A stretch of 32,358 nt of DNA from a virus (lineage: Duplodnaviria; Caudoviricetes): positions 1-32,358 of the IMG/VR virus record IMGVR_UViG_3300044724_000125; one strand, 5' to 3'. The notes beneath the pieces are model-generated. The model had not been told where the DNA came from. It searched no databases and was given only the letters and a program-made list of their open reading frames with translations. Made by a program: the position numbers and the translations under genes. Shown in pieces: positions 25,001-32,358 of the stretch. Position 1 is the stretch's first letter. Every line of letters starts with the position of its first letter.

Positions 25001-26103
25001 GTTTTTAAAAAGTTTTCATGTAACTGTCTAGACTTACCACCTCGTGTACTAAAAAGTTTTGTTCTAAAGTTTTCTAAATTACGAAGAATTGTACTGTCAC
25101 TAAATTGTAAATTAATACTTGTTAGCCATTTTGTTCTTGATGAAGGTTCTAATGCTTCTATATCACCTTTACCAACAACTTTACCAGCTTTAATATCTTT
25201 TTGACGATGAGATAAAGCTACTTTTTTTTGTGTCGCATCCATATCTCTAAAAGTTGCTATTCTATTTAAAAAATTATCAACACTATCTTTTCCTTTTGAA
25301 GAAACATTACTTAAATAAGTTTTAAATTGTTCTCTAAATTCTGTTTTATTAAGTTGTTCTTTTCCATATTTAAGACCAGCACCACCAACAGTAAAACCAC
25401 CAGCAAATAAAATACTATCTGCTAAATGGTGCATACGATTTTCAAGTTGTCCTCTATCTTGGGCATCACTTTCTAAATAAGTTTTTAAGTCACCAAGCAT
25501 TCCATCGTCTTCAGTAATAAAATTACCAATTACTTGTGGAAAAAGTGCATCATCATCGTAAGGATTAAGACTTAATTGAAAACCTATTTCGCCTTGAGCA
25601 AAATCTTTAAAATATTTTTTAGCTTTTGTTGTTGTTTCTATTCCTTTCATTGCTTTTCCTGCAACACCAACTCCAGCAACAATTTCTCCAACATCACTAA
25701 TAATATCAGCTACTGGATTTATAGGGTCTTTAATAGAAGAAACAGAATAGTCACCACGTTCACTTCTTTCAACATTATCAGCTCCGACTAAAGCTCCATA
25801 AACTTTGTCAAACACATTAGATTCAACAGATTCTATTATTTTTAATCTACCTTCTTGTAATTTATCTATTTCTTCTTTAGACCTTAACTTTCCAGTTTCC
25901 ATTTCCATTCTAGATGGGAATGTACCGGGCTGAGTTAACATTCTAAATAATTCAACTCCTCCTCGGAAAGGTGCAGTACCAATTTTTCCAGTAAATCTTT
26001 TGATGTCGTCTTTTTGTTGGTCAGTTAATCTACGATATAAATTACCATATGTAGGATAAGCATAGGAAGCTTTGTCAAAAAGACTGTCTTTATTATCTGC
26101 CAT
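22042..26103 (-). CDS. large putative internal virion/ejection protein (1353 aa)
   Basis: Size, helical character and position in late arm; no catalytic motif recognised. Confidence 0.6.
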   Translation of the reverse strand: MADNKDSLFDKASYAYPTYGNLYRRLTDQQKDDIKRFTGKIGTAPFRGGVELFRMLTQPGTFPSRMEMETGKLRSKEEIDKLQEGRLKIIESVESNVFDKVYGALVGADNVERSERGDYSVSSIKDPINPVADIISDVGEIVAGVGVAGKAMKGIETTTKAKKYFKDFAQGEIGFQLSLNPYDDDALFPQVIGNFITEDDGMLGDLKTYLESDAQDRGQLENRMHHLADSILFAGGFTVGGAGLKYGKEQLNKTEFREQFKTYLSNVSSKGKDSVDNFLNRIATFRDMDATQKKVALSHRQKDIKAGKVVGKGDIEALEPSSRTKWLTSINLQFSDSTILRNLENFRTKLFSTRGGKSRQLHENFLKTENLKEKWSDEINNIAFNLESNIDEIVELVGKDKEDLLDDVSRVLFWDRRSPTIVTSKGTSLGTQQGPEFEKALRKLPKELQQPVRAFRALQDDLSVKMLETDYLTETQRKIYNDSLGFYVRRSYKLFEDPNYVPTPKAFKEAEDYFTAQKLKQNPNISPDELKLQVAADMNLILRDNISSNNFTANLEKFDMIRKSILRGRKDIPPVLRNLMGEIDNPIQSLIHSTTKLSKLYEDAKFYDTAYNDGLGIYFRETPEGIFKDEIPAGYGKLSGTYTSPDLLQYFSDYKKFGVQTLENESIGGNIYRNLLLLKGLSQASKTVWSHTTHVKNMTGGVQMSLANGVNVFDVAMTKRVREFLNAKTSNDFELQKFHEELSGRGLLNKGVIARDLQGLSSDISKIKKGAVVGKIDWLLDKMPVPYYSFKKGKFQVTSPKGIAAEAQNKYIGQDDFFKVNMYIREQDYLNKFNNALPKDSKFDFYRFTEETLKDEAALITRDVLPNYDLVPEFLKDLRRMPMFGRFFSFMAESVRISANSITRGINEVKFGNALIKDGAEEAGKLVRDRGSLRLGAFTAVAGGTATAAQETSKVLAGLGSDTLDAIKDFLPDYMRNSNVTVSVAPDGTPMIGNFSSWDAYDFPKKPLQVLINKNLTDPDVDEEGIVKDVLTTLTTEMVSPFLGESIIQEQISNFILRGGRDLDGNLIRNPFDKTMRFDDSGSLTYRLTNKDNLTIFMANMLESITPGSVTRATDWIDTIGKEQTAFDQDIYPVQSFIKFLTGYGMQPMNKEYLENIYTYKANDLLKEKGKRRRRLFDGLGDALDIDTFTNKYLKENLLYYKDYAKFQKMSASADKLNLNTTGLLKEAGMSRADMINFITTNKTYSPLGITETLKLELLDKAKNTSDYIDVLYDIQSIDSKLSNLPVIFDPDNYKMQKENIEEIKESLREDYAEGGVVSEDYPVPFVKLDPKERESDDLGGLSYAEQMKKLGL

Positions 26104-26111
26104 ATTTTTAC

Positions 26112-27419
26112 TTAAAAGAGTTTATTATAAATGTTTAATAATTCAGTCATTTTATTTTTTGCATATTCTTCTGGTGATTTATTTTCTTTCTTTAAAAAAT
26201 CTGCAGTTATAGGGTCTGCAAGTTCTGCTGTAATTGTATTAAACAACATTAATTCAATTTTATCCATTCCGGCTGTTCTTATTTGATTTTCTAAATTTTT
26301 CACTACAGCATCATCTTCAGGAATACCTTTCTTTTTCAAATCTTCTAATAAATAAATTTTATTACGTAATGCAATAGTTTCTTTATCACCTTGATTAGTT
26401 TGTTCTTCAACATAATTTGTTCTTCTTAAAACATAATCAATATAACCATCGTCTTTATTAGTTGGAAGTGATTTTTTAGGATTTTCTTGTTTCCAAAGAT
26501 TTTCAAATCTTTTTTGAGCTACAAAAGATTTTTCTACTAATGCATCAAAGTTTGTTGAACCAATAATCATAGCTGATTTTAATTCATTTGTTGTATAAGT
26601 ATCTTGATTTAAACTTCTAATTAAACTTCTTTGTAAATCAGGGTCTTTAATAGTTTCAACAATTCTAAAAGAAGCTTCATTTTTTGTTAGCGTAAATTCA
26701 TTTGGGTCTCTAAACAATTCAATTTCAGCTCCGTCTTTAACTTCTGTTGGGTCTAATAAAAATCCAAATGAGCCCCGTAAAGCTTTATTTTTATTAGCTT
26801 CAATTTCTTGTGGAGATAATTCATCTTTTTTCTTACCTCCAAGATAATCCCAAGCTTTATGAACAATACTTAATTCTTTTGGAGCTGTGATAGCTTGTTG
26901 TCTAGAAACATAATAATCTTCAAAAGGCTTAAAGAATTCTTCTTTAGTCATACGTTTATCCATGCCTTCAAAAGCAGGATTTTGTATTTTAGATTCATGT
27001 AATGTTTTAGCATTAAGTGCCCAATCATTAATTTCTTTTGCTCGTTTTTTTCTAGCATCTTCTGTGCTTAAGTCAAAGTTTGGATTTAATTTAGCAAACT
27101 CTGCTTCTCCTTGAATCTTAAAATGATTTGGATTTTTTCTATATAATTCATCTTCTTTCATTAAAGTGTCATAAGCATTCCATCTATTAGTAACTTTTGC
27201 TTGGTCAAAAACCTTTAGTCTTTCGTTTTCTTTTAAATTTTTTAAAGCATTAGAACGCATACTATCTTCTTTTAAACCAAACAAAGTTGTTAAGCCTAAA
27301 ATGTTTCTCATTCTATTATTTCTTTTTCCTGTGCTAGAAAGATAAGTACCAAGTAATTCACCAACATTAAAACCAGAACCACTTTTATCTAATAAATTTT
27401 TTAAAATATCTTGAGCCAT
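26112..27419 (-). CDS. putative internal virion protein (435 aa)
   Basis: Gly-rich N-terminus, helical charged body, synteny. Confidence 0.55.
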   Translation of the reverse strand: MAQDILKNLLDKSGSGFNVGELLGTYLSSTGKRNNRMRNILGLTTLFGLKEDSMRSNALKNLKENERLKVFDQAKVTNRWNAYDTLMKEDELYRKNPNHFKIQGEAEFAKLNPNFDLSTEDARKKRAKEINDWALNAKTLHESKIQNPAFEGMDKRMTKEEFFKPFEDYYVSRQQAITAPKELSIVHKAWDYLGGKKKDELSPQEIEANKNKALRGSFGFLLDPTEVKDGAEIELFRDPNEFTLTKNEASFRIVETIKDPDLQRSLIRSLNQDTYTTNELKSAMIIGSTNFDALVEKSFVAQKRFENLWKQENPKKSLPTNKDDGYIDYVLRRTNYVEEQTNQGDKETIALRNKIYLLEDLKKKGIPEDDAVVKNLENQIRTAGMDKIELMLFNTITAELADPITADFLKKENKSPEEYAKNKMTELLNIYNKLF

Positions 27420-27420
27420 T

Positions 27421-28017
27421 TTATACCTCTTTGCTTAATAAACTTGTGTTGTTTTCTTTTTGTACTTTTTCTAGTAAGCTTGGTTGTATTTCTACTTGCT
27501 CAACTATTTCTCTTATTTCAGATGGAACAGATTGAGGATTAACTCTAGCTGCTGCTTGTTTTCTTAGAGCTTCTAAACTATTAACTCCTTCTTGTACTTC
27601 ATCTACTTGTTTTTGTGGGTCCATTTCTGTTGGACTTGTGTCGTCTCCAGTTTCTAAAGAGTATTCTATTTCTGCTTTTTCTGCTAATGCCATAATCATA
27701 TACATGGTTGGTTCCATTAATATTAACATTAAATCAGGATTCCACTTACCTTCTAAAAATCCAGTATATAAAACAATAGAAGCAATATCAATAATACCTA
27801 CACCATTACTAACTGACAATAAAATATTTGAAGTTGTTTCAGGCACTGTTAAGTTTTCAAACACATACATCATACCTTCGTTTGGATTTGAAATTTCAAC
27901 AGGCTTTTCCCAGTTGTAAGGCTGGTCAGGTGAATTAGTTAAAGACTGTCCGGGCAAGGGTCTGCCTTTAGCTAGACTTGAGCCCATAAAGTTTGTTGCT
28001 TTTTCTGAAATTGCCAT
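27421..28017 (-). CDS. conserved-looking late protein (198 aa)
   Basis: PGQSLT..P....WEKP and G..EGKWNPDL motifs. Confidence 0.65.
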   Translation of the reverse strand: MAISEKATNFMGSSLAKGRPLPGQSLTNSPDQPYNWEKPVEISNPNEGMMYVFENLTVPETTSNILLSVSNGVGIIDIASIVLYTGFLEGKWNPDLMLILMEPTMYMIMALAEKAEIEYSLETGDDTSPTEMDPQKQVDEVQEGVNSLEALRKQAAARVNPQSVPSEIREIVEQVEIQPSLLEKVQKENNTSLLSKEV

Positions 28018-28020
28018 AGT

Positions 28021-28740
28021 TTATACCCGTCCGAATTGTGCTAAAAAGTTTGGATGTAGTGTACCATAAAATGCTTCTTTGTGTAAATCTAAAAAATTTG
28101 TTCCTGAAACTGTAGGTATTTGATTTTTAACTTCTGCCATCAACATAGCTTGAGAAGGCTCACCTGCTCCACCAATGTTGGGTTGAACTGCACCATAGCC
28201 ACCTTCATCTACTGGTGTTCCTTGTGCAGCACCAACAGCTAATGCTGTAAGAGTTCCTTTAGTAACATCTGCTGCAAAATCTTTTGAAGGAGTTACAAAT
28301 TCTAATGTTTCTGCTCCAGCCTTTGCAACTTTTTGCCCAAAGTCTAATTCACTAAATGGTATGTCTGTTAAAGTTTTAGTTGCATCTTTACCTACTTGTA
28401 GTCCAGTTTTAACAGACTCGGCTGCTCCAGCTAGTGCTTCTGATTTTACAGTTTCTGCTCCTGTACCTACAACAGTATCGGTTGCTACTGTTCCTACTTC
28501 ATTAACAGCACTTGTTAAATCAGGTTTTGCAAAAGGATTCATATTTTTAACAGCATCTCCTACTCCTTTCCACCAACCTTGACCACTAAACAACGAAGAA
28601 GCTCCACCCCAAAACATCATAGCTAAACCAATCCCTCCAAGGATTTTACCAAACTTAGAGCCAAATAATTTCTTAACTCCTTTTTTAATTTTTTTACCAA
28701 CCTTTCTTAAAAATCCCATTTTATCCTCCGTAAAGTCCAC
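28021..28740 (-). CDS. putative internal virion/ejection protein (basic amphipathic N-terminus, Gly/Ala-rich)
   Basis: GFLRKVGKKIKKGVKKLFG then hydrophobic helix; true start may be the second Met. Confidence 0.6.
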   Translation of the reverse strand: MDFTEDKMGFLRKVGKKIKKGVKKLFGSKFGKILGGIGLAMMFWGGASSLFSGQGWWKGVGDAVKNMNPFAKPDLTSAVNEVGTVATDTVVGTGAETVKSEALAGAAESVKTGLQVGKDATKTLTDIPFSELDFGQKVAKAGAETLEFVTPSKDFAADVTKGTLTALAVGAAQGTPVDEGGYGAVQPNIGGAGEPSQAMLMAEVKNQIPTVSGTNFLDLHKEAFYGTLHPNFLAQFGRV

Positions 28741-31096
28741 CCCTGTAAGAATTACCTAAAGTACTTACAAGGTTTGTTAGGTAGTCATCATATTTTTCTC
28801 CAGACTTACCTTCGTTTGCAATAGCTGTAGAAAGAATTTGAGCCTTTCTGTTTTCTTCATTTTCTGCAGCTCTAAAATCAAAGTCTGCTTGGTCTCTAAG
28901 TTCTTGCCACATAAAAGACAAAGACTGAGAACTAAGATTAAAAGCATTCATAGCGTTTTGCATATTAATTTGATTTTGTGCAGCAGTATTAACTGTATTA
29001 GCTTGTCTTCTCCATTGAACATTAGAAGCTTCAACAGCAGATGCGTTTTGTGCATTCCATTGATTTCTTGCAAAGTCTTGTTGAGAATTAAACTGGTCAA
29101 CTTGTGTAACAAGCTGTGCATTAAATTTATTTAAATCAGCTTCTCGTGCAGCTCTACGAGCTTCAGCAGCATTTGTTTGTGAAGCATTAAATTGGCTCAT
29201 CGCATTTACTTGAGAAGAATTAAATTGTTGAGCTTGAGCTTCAAGGTTTGCCATAAACTGCTGTGTTTGATTTTCACTAGCAGCATTAAATTGTCTTGCA
29301 GCATTTGTTGCAGACTGATTACTTAATAAACGTTGTTGAGTTTGTTGAGCTGTTAAAACATTTGCTTGTTGTTCATTACTTAGATTAGTTAAATCCATTT
29401 GTAAAAAGGCTTGAGCATTTTGTATTTGTGTTTTTTGAAAAAAATCAGCTTCAGCTAAATTAGCTTGAGACATTAGTATTGCATCTTGAATAGTTGTTTG
29501 CTGTCTCATGTTAGCTTCAGTAATTCCTACAGTTTGTAAAAACTTACTGTTAGATAATGCTGTTTGTTGGTCAGCACTAAACTGAGCCATGTCCATTTGA
29601 AAAACAGTACTAGCATTTGATAATGCTGTTTGTTGTGCTCGTGCTGCATTAGCTTCTGCTTCTTGAGCTTCAATAGTTTTTTGCTGACTTACACTTGCTT
29701 GAATAGCTTGAGCATTTGATTGTGCTAAAGGCATTGCAGCCTGTATAATTGTATTAAGCAAGGCATCTCTACCTACAGTAGATGCTGACATGCCACGTTG
29801 AGCTAACATAGCTTCAACACTAGCTACAGCAGGTCTAGCCCACGTAGGAATTTGACCTTCTTCAATACCATTTAATAAACTGTTTAACTGATTTGATACT
29901 AAAGCTTCTTCAGGTAACCCTTCAATAATACCTCTTTCAGATTCACTAAACTCCATAAGTCTAGCTTCAAGAGCTTCAGGGTCATTACCTAACTCTTCAA
30001 TGTTTGCTTCACTTAATCCAGCATTTGCTAGTTGTTTTTTTGCTCGTGTAACTTTAGCTAAAGAACTTCCAACATTTTCTACAATAGGGGCTAATGCATT
30101 AGGACTAATAGTTCCTACAACTCTTTCAGTTAAAGCACCAGGAATTATTTCTATTTGAGCAGCTTCAATAGGAGCAACGCGTTCAACACCTGCAGCTTGT
30201 GCAAGAGCTTCATCAGAAATTTCTCCAGTTGCAAAATCTACTTGTGCATCTGTATCAATTGTTGCTGCTTCCATTTGTGCAGCTTCTATAGGCTTTGGAG
30301 CTTCTACTTGAGAAACATCAGTAACTTGTCCAACTGTTTCTGGTGCAATTTGTGCAGCTTGTGCAGCAGTAACCTCTGTAGGTTCTGCCATTGTAGTAAC
30401 TTTTTGTTCAGGGATAGGTTTACCTGTTTCAGGGTCAATACCCACTTGAACAGCTTCTGGAATAATACCAGCTTCAGGTACAACACCTTGGGCAGCTTGT
30501 TCTATTTGCGAACCAATAGCTTCAATTCTTTTTTCTCTATCTGTACGTTCTGGGTCTGGTGTCGGTGAAGGTGTTAAGCCGGGAATATTACCATAGTCAA
30601 AGCCACCCCCCGGAGGTCCATAACCACCTCTATCCAAGTCACCTCTATTGTTTTCTCTATTTTGTATAATAGCTTCAGCACGAGCATTTCTAGTTTCTAA
30701 TACTGGTGCAGGTGTTGGTGCTCTTGTAGGAGAAGGGGCTGCTACCGGCTGTGGTGCTGGTGTTGGAGCAGGTGTAGGTGCTCTTGTTGGAGCAGGGGCT
30801 GGTGTTGGAGCTGGAGCAGGTCTTGGAGCAGGAGTTGGTACTCTGCTAACTGGCACATCAATAAACTCTGGTCGATAAACTGGAGCAGGTCTTGGAGTAG
30901 GTGCTGGTGCAGGTCTAGGAGCAGGTGTAGGAGCTGGAGCTGGTGCTCTAGTTGGAACTGCTTTAAAGTTTTCTAAAACTTCACCAGTTTCTCTATCTAT
31001 TACAACCTTTCCAAGCCTATACCCAACTCTACCACCTTTAGTATAGTCTTCTCTAGCTATTCCACCGCTTCTTTTTCTATTTCTTCTTTTTGACAT
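28721..31096 (-). CDS. putative DNA pilot/ejection protein with Gln/Asn/Ala repeats and Pro-rich linker
   Basis: Repeated QFNA/AQ..N helical motifs in C-terminal half; PAPAPT repeats near N-terminus. Confidence 0.65.
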   Translation of the reverse strand: MSKRRNRKRSGGIAREDYTKGGRVGYRLGKVVIDRETGEVLENFKAVPTRAPAPAPTPAPRPAPAPTPRPAPVYRPEFIDVPVSRVPTPAPRPAPAPTPAPAPTRAPTPAPTPAPQPVAAPSPTRAPTPAPVLETRNARAEAIIQNRENNRGDLDRGGYGPPGGGFDYGNIPGLTPSPTPDPERTDREKRIEAIGSQIEQAAQGVVPEAGIIPEAVQVGIDPETGKPIPEQKVTTMAEPTEVTAAQAAQIAPETVGQVTDVSQVEAPKPIEAAQMEAATIDTDAQVDFATGEISDEALAQAAGVERVAPIEAAQIEIIPGALTERVVGTISPNALAPIVENVGSSLAKVTRAKKQLANAGLSEANIEELGNDPEALEARLMEFSESERGIIEGLPEEALVSNQLNSLLNGIEEGQIPTWARPAVASVEAMLAQRGMSASTVGRDALLNTIIQAAMPLAQSNAQAIQASVSQQKTIEAQEAEANAARAQQTALSNASTVFQMDMAQFSADQQTALSNSKFLQTVGITEANMRQQTTIQDAILMSQANLAEADFFQKTQIQNAQAFLQMDLTNLSNEQQANVLTAQQTQQRLLSNQSATNAARQFNAASENQTQQFMANLEAQAQQFNSSQVNAMSQFNASQTNAAEARRAAREADLNKFNAQLVTQVDQFNSQQDFARNQWNAQNASAVEASNVQWRRQANTVNTAAQNQINMQNAMNAFNLSSQSLSFMWQELRDQADFDFRAAENEENRKAQILSTAIANEGKSGEKYDDYLTNLVSTLGNSYRGGLYGG
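30701..30955 (-). repeat. coding Pro/Ala/Thr/Arg tandem repeat
   Basis: GGAGCAGGT/GGTGCT-type repeats on + strand encoding PAPAPTPAPR. Confidence 0.9.
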
Positions 31097-31118
31097 TCTT
31101 ATTTCCTATATACCTATT

Positions 31119-31361
31119 TTACTTAACTTCAAACAATTTGTCAAGCTTTTCACTGATTTTATCCATTCTTTCCATTAAGACTGACATATCGTTTCTTAGC
31201 TCATCTTTGGTTACATAATCTTTTGCAACCTCTTCACGGGTCTTGTTCAGCAATATATCTTGTCTTCTAAGCTCTGAAGTGTTCTGCCTAATCTGAAACC
31301 AGATAGGGGCTAAGACTAAAGTTATAAAAATGTTCCAAATGATATATGCTGATAGTTCCAT
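31119..31361 (-). CDS. small TM + coiled-coil protein
   Basis: N-terminal TM helix, REE....YVTK.E....R...I..KLD. Confidence 0.7.
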   Translation of the reverse strand: MELSAYIIWNIFITLVLAPIWFQIRQNTSELRRQDILLNKTREEVAKDYVTKDELRNDMSVLMERMDKISEKLDKLFEVK

Positions 31362-31362
31362 G

Positions 31363-31983
31363 TTATGCTCCTAGTTCTGGAAACTCACCTAAAGGTCTTG
31401 TGTAAACAGGACTTTCTTCAGTGCCTGTATTTGTATAAGCGTATAAAGCTGCTAAAGCATCTACGTCTGCAGCACCGTCAATAGCTGTACACATGTCATT
31501 AGACTTTGTACGCACTGCAGCTCTCCAAGTTGCTATATCGCTTGGTACTGCTGTACCACCTTCTGCAGCTCTAACAACCATCCAGTCTGTAGGTTGTAAG
31601 ATACCACCGGCTTGTGCGTTTATAATATCTTTATGACCTTGACGGATACCGGGTTGCTTTACATCGCCTACAGAAGTATCTTCTGGCATATCTTCATCGC
31701 CTTCTGCCCATAGAATATCATCTAAAGGTAAAGCTGTAGCTGTACCATAAGAAGCTGTTACCACACCGTCTGCAAAGTCAAAGCTTTGATTGGTGTTGAT
31801 GTAATACTCTTTATCTTTTAAGTTTGTGTTGTCGATAACGATTTCATAAATCCCAATGGCTTCAAGTTCTGAAGCTGTCCAAAGCATAAAGATATTGCTA
31901 GGGTAATTAACTTCTCCTATAGTCATACCTTTAGGTCTTGTAAAGACTTGTGTTACGTTATCTGATTCTACTAAAGCCCACAT
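31363..31983 (-). CDS. tail fibre assembly chaperone-like protein
   Basis: L..TDW.V.R......W.R.AVR pattern; directly downstream of tail-fibre gene; GAGGT RBS. Confidence 0.55.
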   Translation of the reverse strand: MWALVESDNVTQVFTRPKGMTIGEVNYPSNIFMLWTASELEAIGIYEIVIDNTNLKDKEYYINTNQSFDFADGVVTASYGTATALPLDDILWAEGDEDMPEDTSVGDVKQPGIRQGHKDIINAQAGGILQPTDWMVVRAAEGGTAVPSDIATWRAAVRTKSNDMCTAIDGAADVDALAALYAYTNTGTEESPVYTRPLGEFPELGA

Positions 31984-31986
31984 AAT

Positions 31987-32358
31987 TTACCTCGCTGTTG
32001 TTGGGATTCCTGTTGATGTTGTAAATGGATTTTCTGCAAATGCCATGTAGATGTATGTTGTACCACTAGCATTATAATCGCCACTAGAACCTCTTATTTT
32101 AAAACCGTTAGACAACATATCTATTCCTGCATCTGTGTCTGTTGCTTCTGCTGAATTTGAGTATGGAAAAAGTCTATTAATATTCACGTTGTTAGGACTT
32201 CTTGCAGAATCGTATAATCTCCACTGAGATACATTAGTTCCTTTTGTTAATACAAAAGCAGGTTTAAAGCCTGTATAGATGAATGGACCATTGTCGTTTC
32301 CATTACCGACATAACTGCCAAACTTGCTGTAGCCTTGTATTGAAGTCCACGCATAACA
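31987..32358 (-). CDS. C-terminal part of a tail fibre/receptor-binding protein (runs off the window)
   Basis: Frame open to the window edge: GYSKFGSYVGNG..NGPFIYTGFKPAFV...D.LSNGFKIR...YIYMAFAENPF. Confidence 0.7.
   Translation of the reverse strand, partial: CYAWTSIQGYSKFGSYVGNGNDNGPFIYTGFKPAFVLTKGTNVSQWRLYDSARSPNNVNINRLFPYSNSAEATDTDAGIDMLSNGFKIRGSSGDYNASGTTYIYMAFAENPFTTSTGIPTTAR

Noticed and set aside
17175-30878. + strand ORFs such as 17958-18359, 20165-20524 and 30648-30878
   Set aside because: Antisense mirrors of low-complexity Glu, Asn/Thr and Pro/Ala coding repeats

Overview
AT-rich fragment of a lytic, probably marine, T7-supergroup-like podophage genome with two converging arms. 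The + arm (1-16760) has small early/accessory genes driven by host sigma70-type promoters, then a replication and nucleotide module: SSB, primase-helicase, family A DNA polymerase, PD-(D/E)XK nucleases, endonuclease I-like, DUF3310-like, class I RNR alpha and beta. The - arm (16757-32358) has the end of a tail-fibre gene, a chaperone-like gene, putative internal virion/ejection proteins, a T4-type lysozyme, and a long run of membrane/exported proteins. No RNA polymerase, terminase, portal or capsid gene lies in the window; the layout resembles SIO1/VpV262-type podoviruses (inference). The most striking unexplained signal is non-coding: three consecutive early intergenic regions each end in a compact H-type RNA pseudoknot of the same geometry but different sequence, and two of them sit in long, promoter-driven, heavily base-paired leaders that share sequence motifs. 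Also notable: an envelope-targeted gene cluster behind the lysozyme, apparent absence of GATC, and a gene bracketed by 20-bp direct repeats. All calls come from manual reading, with no database searches.
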